Made by a program: the position numbers and the translations under genes
Origin: Yuukianura sp. NJ FZ-2021
Taxonomy: Eukaryota
Reading direction: 5' to 3'
Length of the DNA: 64,000 nucleotides
Assembly: GCA_046563655.1 (NCBI GenBank)
Contig: CM102287.1
Location: 8,680,001-8,744,000, forward strand
The notes under the pieces: generated by a model
What the model saw: the letters and a program-made list of their open reading frames with translations, nothing else
What the model was told of the DNA's origin: nothing
Databases searched by the model: none
In this document: positions 1-11,135 of the stretch, in pieces
Layout of the letters: every line of letters begins with the position of its first letter
Position numbering within the stretch: the stretch's first letter is position 1

Positions 1-366
1 CAATCGCTGCAATTTTCAAAATCGCAACAATTTAAAAACTTGGTGCTGGAGATGGACCGAAATTCGAGCAGAATCGGCAAAACTATTTTCAAATTCCGTG
101 CAGAAAATTGCGTCTTCTGTGTCGTTCCATTTTCTCGCGAATTCCGTAAAACTTCGGCTCCAGATACCTCGGGAAAGGGGAATCCGAATCGCAAGGAATT
201 CAAACGACCAGGGAAAAAGTAATTAATATAATAAATAATAAATTAATAATAAATAATGAATAATATATTAATAATAAATAATAAATTAATCATTGACATT
301 AACATCTACAATTTTCATCTGCTCATTCCCAACAGCTTAAATAAGTAGAACTTTATTTTATTTCAG

Positions 367-574
367 TGCCACTGATGCACCTAAAACAACATACACTGCA
401 GACAAGGTTACAACTACAGGAATGCTCATCTCATTGGCCATAGTGTCTATTATGATTTTGATCCTGATGACCTTGATGACCTGGACGTTCCACCAGTGGG
501 TCAAGGACACTTATGCACTCATTAACATCAAACTCCGTCGCAAAAGATACGATACCAAAATATTCACAGTTTGA
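367..574 (+). CDS. Last coding exon of a single-pass membrane protein; the gene starts upstream of the window or in unresolved exons
   Basis: Acceptor tttcag at 361-366, then an open frame ATDAPKTTYTADKVTTTGMLISLAIVSIMILILMTLMTWTFHQWVKDTYALINIKLRRKRYDTKIFTV* with a hydrophobic TM segment and basic cytosolic tail. Confidence 0.5.
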
Positions 575-1074
575 AACATATTTCAAAATTCAGTTCTAAG
601 CATTTCAGAATCCGATTTGTTCCAAAACTTCTTCAGTCTGGTTCGTGACTTAAAAATTCCGAATCAGCAATTTTTGAAAGTGTTAACTGTCCACTTCCAG
701 AAGGCGTCGTCAGTAAAGAAACGTGTGATGAACCATTGTTCTAAGGATTGTTTATACATTTCATTCTTCGAAGGCATTACTTTTCAGCACTATTTTTATA
801 GTTGACACTTTAAAAACTGTCCTTATCGTGTCTTTTGCCCTGGGAGGACAAAAGGACAGACTCTTCTAGTAGTTGCACTAATTTTTAAGTCGTATTTCTT
901 CTTGGCCACTGCATTACTTTGTGCCTTCTCCAGACGAAATTTATTGGGTTTGGCAAGCACGTCTCAAAAGTCACCGAAACTTGAAGGTATTGTGTTATAT
1001 AACATATTTTAATTATTATAATGATCATTAAATATTTAAATATAAAGTATAGTATAATACGGAAGCTGTTGGAA

Positions 1075-2173
1075 ATGAACAAAACCGAAATGGTGTGGGA
1101 AGGAGAACGAAACTTTTATAAACTTCGTCACAGACTTATGCTGAGAGAAAAAGTTGAAGCCATAGGAGTGGCATTGTTCGATTTCGTAAGTCTATCTTTT
1201 CTGAATTTTGAAATATTTTGAAAATTGGTTTCCGAAATTTTGAAATTAGTACGTTTTGGATTTTACAGATTGTAGGTTTCGTTGGTACAATTGCTTGTGT
1301 AGCGCAAATGGTTGAAACTAAGTCGTTTTTTCCATTTGTCGCTCCCGCTGGATACGTTGATGACATGGAAGGTTAGTTCAAACCAAAATTTTCAAAAGCA
1401 CAAATTCAGGCTTGATTTTTGGAAAAAAAACTTTTCGGAAAATATTTTTCAAAATTTTAGGACCAATTTCAAGACGACTGCTGTACTTGTCATTCTACTG
1501 TACTTTCCCATCACTTCTCATTTGCTCCATTCTCCTGCTCGCTGGAATTTTGATGGTAAGATTTTGAAAAACTTTGAAATGAAAAACAAGATTTGCACAA
1601 AATTCAGAAACTACAGCTCTTTTCTTTTCATTTTAGCGACGAACTTGCTGCATCAGTTTTTGGTACATCCCGAACGCACTTGGATTGATTCTTCACACAG
1701 CGCTTGTCGTAATCGGCGCAGTTTTGAATGTGTGGAGAGTGTATGCCATCAGTGGCTCACTTCTGGCTTTTAGAATCCTTCTTCTTGCGAAAATCTACAA
1801 TTTCCAGAGAGCTTTAGCATTTGACCGAGCTGAAGACAAGTTGCTTGATGACCTTTGTCTCCAGAGCCTGGAAGTTGAAGAAGCATGTCGACGACAATTC
1901 GATGACATGCGTAAGGTCAATGGTGAAATTGTCAAAGAAACGAAGGCGGTCACCCGAGCTGTTCTGAATGACATAGGTCAAACTGTTGCCAATGATGGTC
2001 CAGCTTCACAACGTCCAAACGTAAACTCCTGCCCAGTACAAGTCGCTGTACACCCAAATACAAGTCATAGTGCTGCTGGAAACCATTTGGAACATCCGCC
2101 CGCCTACAATTCTCAATTGTTTTCTGCTGCCAAGCAACGCGCAGTTCATTTGAATAATTCAGTTGTGCCCTAA
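1075..2173 (+). CDS. Four-TM membrane protein, LAPTM/DUF4728-like, with a C-terminal PPxY motif (4 exons)
   Basis: Phase-compatible exons 1075-1185, 1269-1371, 1461-1555 and 1637-2173 with GT-AG introns. Four hydrophobic segments; the tail contains HPPAY. Confidence 0.6.
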
Positions 2174-3367
2174 ACATATTAACGAAATTCAACTTTTTCT
2201 TTTACAAAGGATTGTAAAATCTTCTTTCTGTTTTAAAAAGTAATGTAAAATTTTTCATTCAATATTTTAAAATAGATTATGACAAGCAAAAGTGAAAGAA
2301 GAAACTGAAATTTGCATTGGTAGAAGTTAAACGCCAAGTAAAATTAACTACAAATTTTTGTTGGGCTTTGTGCTAAGAGAACATGGTCAATATATAAAAG
2401 ATTTTAGAGGGCGTGAAAATTATGTAAACGAAAAAAGCATAAAAGTGAAAAAGTGATTCTGAAACCTCAACATTAAGATTTTGAAATTCCTTCTATTAAA
2501 TAGTTTGATTTCTCTAAAATTTGACACCTTAACTGCATTCTTACAATAATTTTATGTAGTTTAATAATGCTAAGAGCTTTGCAAACTGTTTTAAAACTCA
2601 ACCTCCCCCTACAGCCTTGTTTAAAAAATCAATTGTTAAATTGTTATAATTCAAAGAAAACGTTGATATTCACACAAAAGAAAATTAAAAAACTCAGTTT
2701 TCGAAAGAAATTTTATTGCTACGAGTCAAACGCCAAGTGAAAATTAATAAATGTCTTCCTTTGATTTTGACGAAGAGGAAAACAAATAGAGAATAAGTTT
2801 AGTAGGAATAAAAGTGTAATTTGCAAAAAAAAATGTAATAATTTTAATTTACTTTTTATTTTTATTTAGTTAATTAAAGTTGATTTAACCTTTAAACTCA
2901 TTATTTAAATTCGTTATTCAGGAGGAACTCAACATTTTTTAAAGTACTGTTTATTAGTTTTTGGCGTCACATCGACACCATTTTCTCGTTTCTGATTGGT
3001 CGGAGATATTGAAAATGGAAATGAGCGCGAAACTCCACTTGTCTCTTTTGTTTACATTCGCGCTCATTTCTAACCTCACCTCATTCATTTTAATTTGTTT
3101 TAGTAATTAGTTTAATTTAATTAACTCTATACGATTTTTTCAACAGTCAGTGATTCGAATTTAAAGATCAGTTTTGGCTACAACAGCTGCTTCCCTTGGA
3201 AACTGTTTAGACTTCGCAAGCGGCGGTGGACGGAGGGAACCTTTCTTGTCGTGTATGAATTTGAGTGACAGTTTGAAAAGCTCATTCCCAATTTCACGCT
3301 CAAAATGTTTCTCTCAAAAATTGTTTTTGTAGTGTTAGTAGTTCAGTTGATAATTTTAGAGGTTATA

Positions 3368-3992
3368 ATGGTTAGTGCCGGAAGAGCGTTGGTCACTACG
3401 AAAACGTCAAATTCTAAGTTCAGGTTTGGGGGAATCGATACGTTTGTCAGAGTCATCAGTGGCGCTGCGTCAAGGTGAGCGTGCGACGGATTTACGTTTG
3501 ATATAGTTTGAGGTCTTTGGCGTTTTGTTGATTTTATGTCTGAATAATTTGTAGGAATGAAGGATTAGTGAATAAATTGTTACAAGTCACACCTGAAGCG
3601 CCGCTGAACCGGAAAATCGTACGCATACCAACTGCCAGCTCGAGCACCCGACGACCATCAGTATCAGAACTAGAACTGTTGTCAGATACCGAACCAATTC
3701 GACAGTGAGAAAAGCATATGAATTACAATACCCTGACTAGCTACATCATCTATTACAACTTCTCTATCATGCTTTGTTCTGTTGGTCCTGAGCTAATTGA
3801 TTAACCTAAACTTTCTGTTACTTTTTCGCTTTGTAAAGTAGTAGACGACGGCCTGAATCCATCGCCTTGACTTCTTCAATAAGCAAGCGCCACACTCGTC
3901 ATCCGCCTGCTCGTGTTCCTATCGCTGGTTTTCCAGAGAAAATGTTTCCTGCCATTACTGGTGTAGCTAACACATTGGCACGACATCTGTAA
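3368..3992 (+). CDS. Hypothetical basic Arg/Ser-rich protein, about 136 aa (3 exons)
   Basis: Exons 3368-3474, 3555-3704 and 3839-3992 join in frame through two phase-2 GT-AG introns (MVSAGRALV...NTLARHL*). No family recognised. Confidence 0.4.
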
Positions 3993-4183
3993 GGCAATTT
4001 CAAAATCTGCACTTGGTTTTGGGGTCGTTGACCCTCTGTTTTCTTTTCTTTGTTCTTGTACTTTGGTTTTCATTTCTTCTTTGTGTCTACATTTTATTTT
4101 CCAACCTATAAACTTAAACTTCAATTATATAAATCAATAATTCTGAAAACGTTTTCCACATTTGTTCATAAAACGAAAACATC

Positions 4184-4955
4184 ATGTTGCTACTTTGTGT
4201 TTTGATATATCTTTGTCAATTTTACAGTTCTGGTGGACAGCAAACCGCTACTCCAATTAATGGTACCGGGTTGGGCGGCAGACAGTTGAGCGAGGATAAT
4301 AATCCGGATAACCTGCCTATATTTGGTAGAGTACTGAAACCATATGAAAATTTCAACGGCACTAGCCCAGGTAAACTGACAGCTAAATCATACTTTACTA
4401 CATTAACATTTAACGTTACGCCACAAGTTTCCTTTATCCTTTGTCTGAAACAATCTTTGTCAGCTCTCGAGTGCTTCGTCTGTGATTTCGACAACCCCAA
4501 CTGTGTCGATATGAATTCTACCATGGACAGGTTCAACGGAAATGGTAGCATTCAATACAAAGTGAACTGTCGGAAGAAGTACGGTGAACTGGCAAGATAT
4601 TGTGGCAAGATCAAAATGAAGAACGGACGTGTAAGGCGAGACTGTTGGTTAGAACTTCCTGGGGGTTACAGCGCTGGATGTACGTTTGGGAAAATGGAGT
4701 ATTACGGCAAATACTTTCCCGTTGAATTCTGTTTGTGTAACAACACTGCAGGTACGAAAATTCCAAACAACTGATGTGAACCAAGTTGCTAATGTTGTTT
4801 AGTACACAAGTCTTGGTTTTTCAGCGCAAAATGCAAAAGTTCCTTGCAATACGGGGTGTCGGCTGTTAACACATTCTCCAACCTATTTCGTGCTTTTCCT
4901 TCTGATGTATTTTCTCATGAACGACTGGCGACATCAATTGAAACTTCGTCTTTGA
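4184..4955 (+). CDS. Ly6/three-finger (quiver/sleepless-like) GPI-anchored protein
   Basis: Signal peptide; ALECFVC...C...YC.KI...RRDCW...C...FCLC...PCN; hydrophobic C-terminal tail. Exons about 4184-4370, 4465-4751 and 4825-4955. Confidence 0.75.
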
Positions 4956-5314
4956 TCCATCTCCTTTGTCCCACAATCAATGCGTTCTCTTCTCCTTATG
5001 ACGTGCTATGACTTGACCTGCTAATTGTTGTTAGATGTTGCTTTACCAATGACTTGGACTTAAAATATTGCGCAATTCCTTTGTTTTATGTACGACATTC
5101 GACATTACATTGTAAGTAAATCCAAACTTTAACGCGCTATTGTTTCTCTGGTAACGAAATTTCCTTGCCAGTTTGTTTTATTTGTTCCTCAGTTGTTTTT
5201 AAGTTCAAATATCTAAAGATCAGTTTAAAATTGAAGTCATTTATCAAAGTTAGCGCGTCATCCTTATAGTTTTGTCCACTTCAAGTTCAACCTTTGACCT
5301 CACCCAGATCCACT

Positions 5315-6041
5315 ATGAGTTGCATTAAGTGGTTCGTCCTGCTTCATCTCTTCATCAACGCCGTAGTTGGTAAGTTATCCGCATTCTTTTGATTACAATT
5401 TTGTACATTTGATTGATACTGAACTTCTCGCAGTAATTAACGCACTCGGTTATGGTTTATACAGGAGTGAAGTTTCCTATCGAATGTGTCAGATGCAGCT
5501 ATAAGGACATCAATTGTCGCGATACGATAGACACCGTTTCTACATTGAATGGTCGCTGGGGCCATCGAGCAGCTAAAGGAACTGAAGAATACGCAGCATT
5601 GGACAGCTACTACAAATATCGTTGTGCGAATCCAGTGAACAATACATGGTGCGTCAAAATCAAAATCTTCACTGGCTTGAGTAACTACCGTGACCAACGA
5701 GTTCGCCGAGATTGGTATGACAAAGCATAGTCTTTAATAATTTACTTTAATTTTTCAACTTAAATTCAGTCCATGAGTTTCCAGAATTCTGAATTTTAAT
5801 AAGGTTTCCCCCATTTTATTCCAGTTGGGACAAACTTCCTCCTGGAGTTGACCAAGATACGTGCGTTTACAGAAAGGAACTGCTGGAAGGAGTGTTACAT
5901 CCAGCTCTATTCTGTAGCTGTCGAGATTCTGACTTTTGCAATTCGACGCCACCGCAACTGACGTCCAAACTCCTCTTATCCGCTATCTCCTTGTTTGCTA
6001 CAATTGTGTTCGGAGTAGGACAAACTCTTCAACTTTCTTGA
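5315..6041 (+). CDS. Second Ly6/three-finger (quiver/sleepless-like) GPI-anchored protein
   Basis: Signal exon MSCIKWFVLLHLFINAVV; IECVRC...WCVKI...RRDCW...FCSCRDSDFCN; hydrophobic GPI-type tail. 3 exons. Confidence 0.75.
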
Positions 6042-6138
6042 TTAAAAATAACATCCAAAGTTCAACTTCACGTAAGTTTACATTTTCATAACATTGTAAC
6101 TTCGAATCAGTTTTTAGTCGTTGAGTTACAAACTAAAC

Positions 6139-6322
6139 GTCAATATGCCTGCATTTACGTTTAGTCTGTCAATGTGCCCGCATTTACGTCTAGTCTGTCT
6201 CTGTCAATGTGCCCGCATAGGCTTTTTGTCTGTCAATGTGCCCGCATTTACTTTTAGTCTGTCAATGTGCCCGCATTTGCGTTTAGTCTGTCAATGTGCC
6301 CGCGTTTACATTTATTCTGTCA
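6139..6322. repeat. Minisatellite, about 6 copies of a ~29-bp unit
   Basis: Unit gtcaatgtgcccgcatttacgtttagtct repeated head to tail with point variants. Confidence 0.9.
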
Positions 6323-7056
6323 GATTCAATGCTGACTTGCGTAGTTGTTATTTGAGGTTACCAAGCGATTGCCGCCATTATTTCCTTGATGCCTGAGGGA
6401 ATACGGAAGCAATGGAAGTCAAAACACTTGAGTCATGAATGTTCTGATAATTTTCTGTATTTGACTCTGTGTGTTTACATATCTTACAAGACTAAAACCT
6501 AACCACACAGACAAATTGAAAAGTCACGTTAGGATAACCATTCGATCAACTGCTTAGGATTGGTTTGGTTCAGACTTGGATGATGTCCCAAGCTTAACCT
6601 TGTTATTACAATTTCTTGCTGACGTGGTTCATATTGTCTCGTTGGTTTCTCTATTTGAAAAAGTTCAATTGTCAATGTATACAGTCCCTTGAAAAGCTTT
6701 CAGTTGATTTTTGTCTCTCTTTGCAGATAGTCAAGTTCAAAGGTCTCAATCAACATCACAAGTGCTCACACTACTTTACAACTTACTAATTGCTACAACT
6801 CTACACAATTGTGCTGTTTGAACAACTTTTGATGCTCCTCCAAGTAACGTTACTCAAAACATTCGGAACCGTTAGGCTGTCAATGGCTACAAATCACGAC
6901 TGTGACAATACGAAGGTGACTCCTGCTCCGCTCATCTCCTACTGCTGCCACACGGCATTCCTGGATACACCAATTTCCAGCCCAACATTTGGCCTGGATC
7001 CGTAAAATTTCAATTTCAATTGTTTTTAAACCTAATTTTTCAAATTCAAATCAACC

Positions 7057-7622
7057 ATGACCAGACACTTCATCTTCATCATTGTGCTGTCACTCTTGGC
7101 ATCGTCAATTCAAGCATATCCTACTGTCACTACTGCTAACGACGACCAACCACCTTCATCAACCTTACCAGAAACACTGCCAAAGGAGGGAGTAGCAAGT
7201 CCAACTATTGGGGACTTTTTAATCAATTTTAACATCAAGCATTTGTAAGTTTTTTTTTGAAATCGAGATCAAAATTTTGAAAGTTTTGAAAACGTTTAAT
7301 TGTCGTTTCCGTTTCTTGCAGGCTCCCGAACTCTCCATTTCAAAGATTCTTGATCCACCTTGTACGTGTGCTGGCAGTATCATTGGTCGTGTCTCTCTGG
7401 ATGTTTTTAGTGATTCAACTGTTCGTGAGCCTTGGAAAATGCTGCCAGTTTCTATGCAAGTATTTTCATAAGAGAGACAACGGAGGAGAAAGAGACGCCG
7501 AAGAGACGCTGAACAAAGATTCAGTTGAGATGATAAAGAAAGCCATTGGGAAGGAAGGAGCTTACCAGAAAAACTATGTAAACCGAGCACACTCTATGCC
7601 TATTCTTGTCTTTAAGAAATGA
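7057..7622 (+). CDS. Small type I membrane protein of unknown function (2 exons)
   Basis: Signal peptide MTRHFIFIIVLSLLASSIQA, a phase-2 intron at about 7245-7321, TM segment VLAVSLVVSLWMFLVIQLFVSL followed by KCC. Confidence 0.6.
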
Positions 7623-7630
7623 ACTGTTTG

Positions 7631-7715
7631 TGACCTTTTGAAAAAATGTCGTTGACCTTATGACCTCTTCAAAAAATGTCGTTAAGGTATGACCTTTTCA
7701 AAAAATGTCGTTAAG
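7631..7715. repeat. Three-copy ~30-bp tandem repeat in the 3' flank
   Basis: tgaccttttcaaaaaatgtcgtt-type unit present three times. Confidence 0.8.
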
Positions 7716-7967
7716 TTCAATGGGTTTTATGAATTCTTTTTATGATTGTTTAGAAATAGCGGTTCCCTTTGTTCTTTTTGCCTTGTGGTAAAAACCTAAC
7801 TTATTTTGGGCTTACCCTTCATTTTGTTTTGTACGTTTCCATTTTTTTTTTAGAAAACTAGGTTGAAATGACTCTTTACATTAAAAGTGTATGTTTAAGT
7901 TGGAAATTGAAATTCAAAAGTAAACAATTTTAAAAACTTACATTTTATGAACTTGAAAACTTCAATT

Positions 7968-10389
7968 TTAGTACTGATTCCCAATTTTGGTTCGGATGAG
8001 GTCCAGTATAGATTGGCAGTTGTGGTCCGTTCCAGCAGTCGTTACGAAAAGCGTCTTCTGCTTTGATTTGGCCCCCTGTAGGATTTAAGAACAGTTTTTA
8101 AAAGTTAGTTTTCCATTTTAGATTTCTAATTTCCAATTTTTGAAAAATTGTTTGAAGCTTACACTTAATTGAATGTCTCCCTTCTTGACTCCAAGAACAT
8201 CCGAAAAGAATTTGACAATTGCCAAATTCGCTTCGCCATCGACGGGAGGAGCTGAAATCTGGAGCGAAACGGCTTCTGCTGACACATCTATTAAAGTCCA
8301 AAGTTGATTAAGTGTTCAACCAATGAGATGTCAAAGGTCAATTCGTTTTAGTGAAGGACTTACCTGTAATGCAGTTGAACTTTGACCCGGGTTTGACCTG
8401 AAGCGGTATAGCAACTTCACCGTTCTTTGTTAATGTCAGCGGAGGAGTTCCAGCCACGGCAGCATCTTCCTGGATGAGTTTAAACAAAATTTAGAAAGAA
8501 GCACATTCAAAAAACACTGCTGTTTTTTTTTTCGAAAAATTGGTGTAAATAATACTGAAACGGATTTCGACTCAGATCTGAACTAATTTGAAGAACTTTA
8601 TTGCTAAATAAGAGTCATTAATTGAACTTTTAAAAAGATAGAAATCTAGTCAGAGTCGTCTTCATTCGGTGGAGTCACTGGAGGTGTTGGTTTGTCCGCT
8701 TCAGCAGCAGCAGCACCCTCTGGATCTTCACTGATAAATTTTTCCCAGTTCTTAAGTCTATCGTCTCGCTCTGCATCCGTTTCTTCAATTTTGTATTTCG
8801 TATGTCCATCCCAAATAAATGCAGAAATCTTCTTGCCTCCGAAGAATCTTCCATCAAATAACTTCACAACTCCATCAGCCTCTTCCGGTGAACTCATGTA
8901 GATTTGCAGAATTCCTTCAGGATGACGATCAAACACAACGACTTTCTTGCAAGTACCGCACTTTCCAGCTTCTTCTCGGAAGTCTTGTTGATACTCCAGG
9001 ATCAGACTCACATCGGCATCAAAATCGCTTGGAGAAAAAGCGTTCTGGACAACGACGATCCGCTCATGCTTTGATCTCTCTCCACGCATTTTCTCTGGTT
9101 TCCATTCAAAAAGCTTCTCTTGCTGCTTTTTCAACTTTTCCTTGTCCTTGCGTTTCTTTGATTTTGGTTTCTTGGTTGGATCGTAGGCTCCTTTCAGTTG
9201 AAAATGTGCCCGTTCTACAGAAACTTTGCGACCTCGAAGGTCAAATCCATCTAGGATTTGAAGTGCTAGCTGGACTGATTCGATTTTGATGTAAGTGCAG
9301 AGTCCGTCGCCTTTGAGGTTTCCTTCTGGGTCGGTATATAATTTCAGTTTGGGATGTCCACTGACAGGGTCCTTCATGACAAGTCCACATTTTGACATGA
9401 ACTCGCTGAATTCTTCTTCAGTGATGTCAAGCGGAAGGTTGGAGACGTAGACTTTCGTGTTCTGAGTTTCGTCCAACTCAAACCATTCAGCAGCAGTAGG
9501 AGCTTTCCGTTTCAGCGATTTGTCTTCTTTCACGTGAGGAGGTTTTGGATTTGGAATGGTAGCGGCGTTGACAGGAGCAGCTGAGTTTGAGTTCGACGAT
9601 CCATCGGCATTGGTTACACCGTAACTCAATTGATAACGAACGAGGAACTCTTCGTCTAGTTTAGGAAACCAAGCTGATTTCGTTGCGTCATACTCGAATA
9701 CGGTTCCATCCTGAGGATCTGTGTAATTGTACGTGGATCCATCAAAGGTGACTTGATTCCCAGCTACTTTGAATGGTTTCCATTTTTGCAGGCTTTCCTC
9801 CCAAGTAAATTCATTTCCGCTTGCTGGATCTTTGTAAGTGTAAACACCGTCAACCATGGAGCAGTTCGGATTAGCGGCAGTATTTTCTTCTGTTTTCGCC
9901 GTTGTTCCATTGGGACCAGCATCTTCAGATTTATCATCGTCTTTATCGTTGACTGGTGGAGGAGAAGGTGAATCCATTTCTTCTCGGTCGTCTTCCATTG
10001 TTCTATAAAACGAATCAAAATACTTCAACCAAACGATCTTATAATTGAAACATGAACTAAACCTTGATTTCATTACTCTAAAACTCCTCCAGTCCAATTA
10101 CTTACACAAAGCGGTGTATGATTTGGGTATTTTGAAATCCTGTTCCTGTTGAAAAACGGCGCAAAGAAGATGGAGGTGAAAGGCGTTTGAAAATTCGCTT
10201 TTGGAAAGAACTCGTAGAAGTGTCTTCACTCAGATTCAGATGAACACCTTATTTGTTTTCGTATATAAATCCAATTTATGACTGTTTTAACCAATTACGT
10301 AATTGTTAATTAAAGTAAATCACCTTTGACGTTGACCGGTTTTGTTTTTGTTTTGATTTCGATGCAGCAGAGCCAGAACCTTTGGGCAT
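7968..10389 (-). CDS. C15orf40: UPF0235/DUF167 (C15orf40/YggU-like) protein, 4 exons; not in the ORF track
   Basis: Exons 10389-10324 (MPKGSGSAASKSKQKQNRSTSK), 8469-8364 (…VAIPLQVKPGSKFNCIT), 8287-8163 (DVSAEAVSLQISAPPVDGEANLAIVKFFSDVLGVKKGDI) and 8075-7968 (GAKSKQK…). All phases are compatible. KPG and APPxxGEAN motifs are typical of DUF167. Confidence 0.85.
8646..9998 (-). CDS. HTATSF1: HIV Tat-specific factor 1 homolog (TatSF1/Cus2/barc), a U2-associated splicing factor; CDS has no introns
   Basis: RRM (NTKVYVSNLP…KGDGLCTYIKIESVQLA) plus a UHM (RHPEG…DGRFFGG…WDG). The true ATG is probably 9998, just after the acceptor TTTTATAG. Confidence 0.93.
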   Translation of the reverse strand: MEDDREEMDSPSPPPVNDKDDDKSEDAGPNGTTAKTEENTAANPNCSMVDGVYTYKDPASGNEFTWEESLQKWKPFKVAGNQVTFDGSTYNYTDPQDGTVFEYDATKSAWFPKLDEEFLVRYQLSYGVTNADGSSNSNSAAPVNAATIPNPKPPHVKEDKSLKRKAPTAAEWFELDETQNTKVYVSNLPLDITEEEFSEFMSKCGLVMKDPVSGHPKLKLYTDPEGNLKGDGLCTYIKIESVQLALQILDGFDLRGRKVSVERAHFQLKGAYDPTKKPKSKKRKDKEKLKKQQEKLFEWKPEKMRGERSKHERIVVVQNAFSPSDFDADVSLILEYQQDFREEAGKCGTCKKVVVFDRHPEGILQIYMSSPEEADGVVKLFDGRFFGGKKISAFIWDGHTKYKIEETDAERDDRLKNWEKFISEDPEGAAAAEADKPTPPVTPPNEDDSD

Positions 10390-11135
10390 GTTCGTGCAAC
10401 ACAACCGATTTATAGTCGTGGAAAATGTGCTGACCTTAGACAATGAATTCATTCAACACCCGTACGTGCACCACCCTCGGCGAGTAGGTAATTGTTGCTT
10501 CTAAATTAATTGACAAATCAATTGGATTTGGAGGAACAGTTCGATTTTTTTCAAAAACAAAAAACGAAGACTTGCCAAAAATAAATTTCAACTTTCAAAA
10601 CTCGCGCGCTTCTCTAGTTTTAGATTCGGCAACCTACCGCCGCAATACAACTTTCACCCGAACACTTTCACTTTATTAGACAACTAGCTAAGAATTCCTA
10701 CCTTTTTAGTTAATCATTAATTAAAAGTGTAATAACTATAATTCCAGTGTAGTTTTGAAAATTGGTTTTAATTCGTGCCCATTCACCTTCACACAGTTAA
10801 AAGCTAGTGAAAGTTATTAATTACATGGGTTCATTTTTATGATATTGTTGTGTTTACGTTTAAAATACGCTACGATTAAAATTAGTAGTTAAATTGTGTG
10901 TGAAGAGGTTAAAATGTTTTAAAATGACGACGCTTGAGAAGAGTTTACAGTTGCAGTTTTAAAAGAACTGACTAAATTATAGTTTTCTGCGGATGGTGTG
11001 TTCTTGTGTTACTTGCAGAATTTTAATTAATACAAGTTCTACTTGAGTTGTTCCTGTTCAGTTTTTAAAAAGTTAAAATTAAAAAAACACATTAGCATGT
11101 TCATTCAGCTGGAATCCACGATAGTTCAAGAATTC

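Noticed and set aside
6139..6322. ~29-bp repeats resembling a CRISPR array
   Set aside because: The units are contiguous with no unique spacers, there are no cas genes, and the context is eukaryotic. It is a minisatellite.
6790..7005. 71-aa ORF upstream of the 7057 gene
   Set aside because: Non-ATG start, and no coherent exon chain or motif; probably UTR or intergenic.
9999..10097. N-terminal 33 aa of the 483-aa ORF
   Set aside because: It begins at TTG and lies almost entirely within an apparent 5' intron (GTAAGT at 10105 to AG at 10003). The real start is probably 9998.
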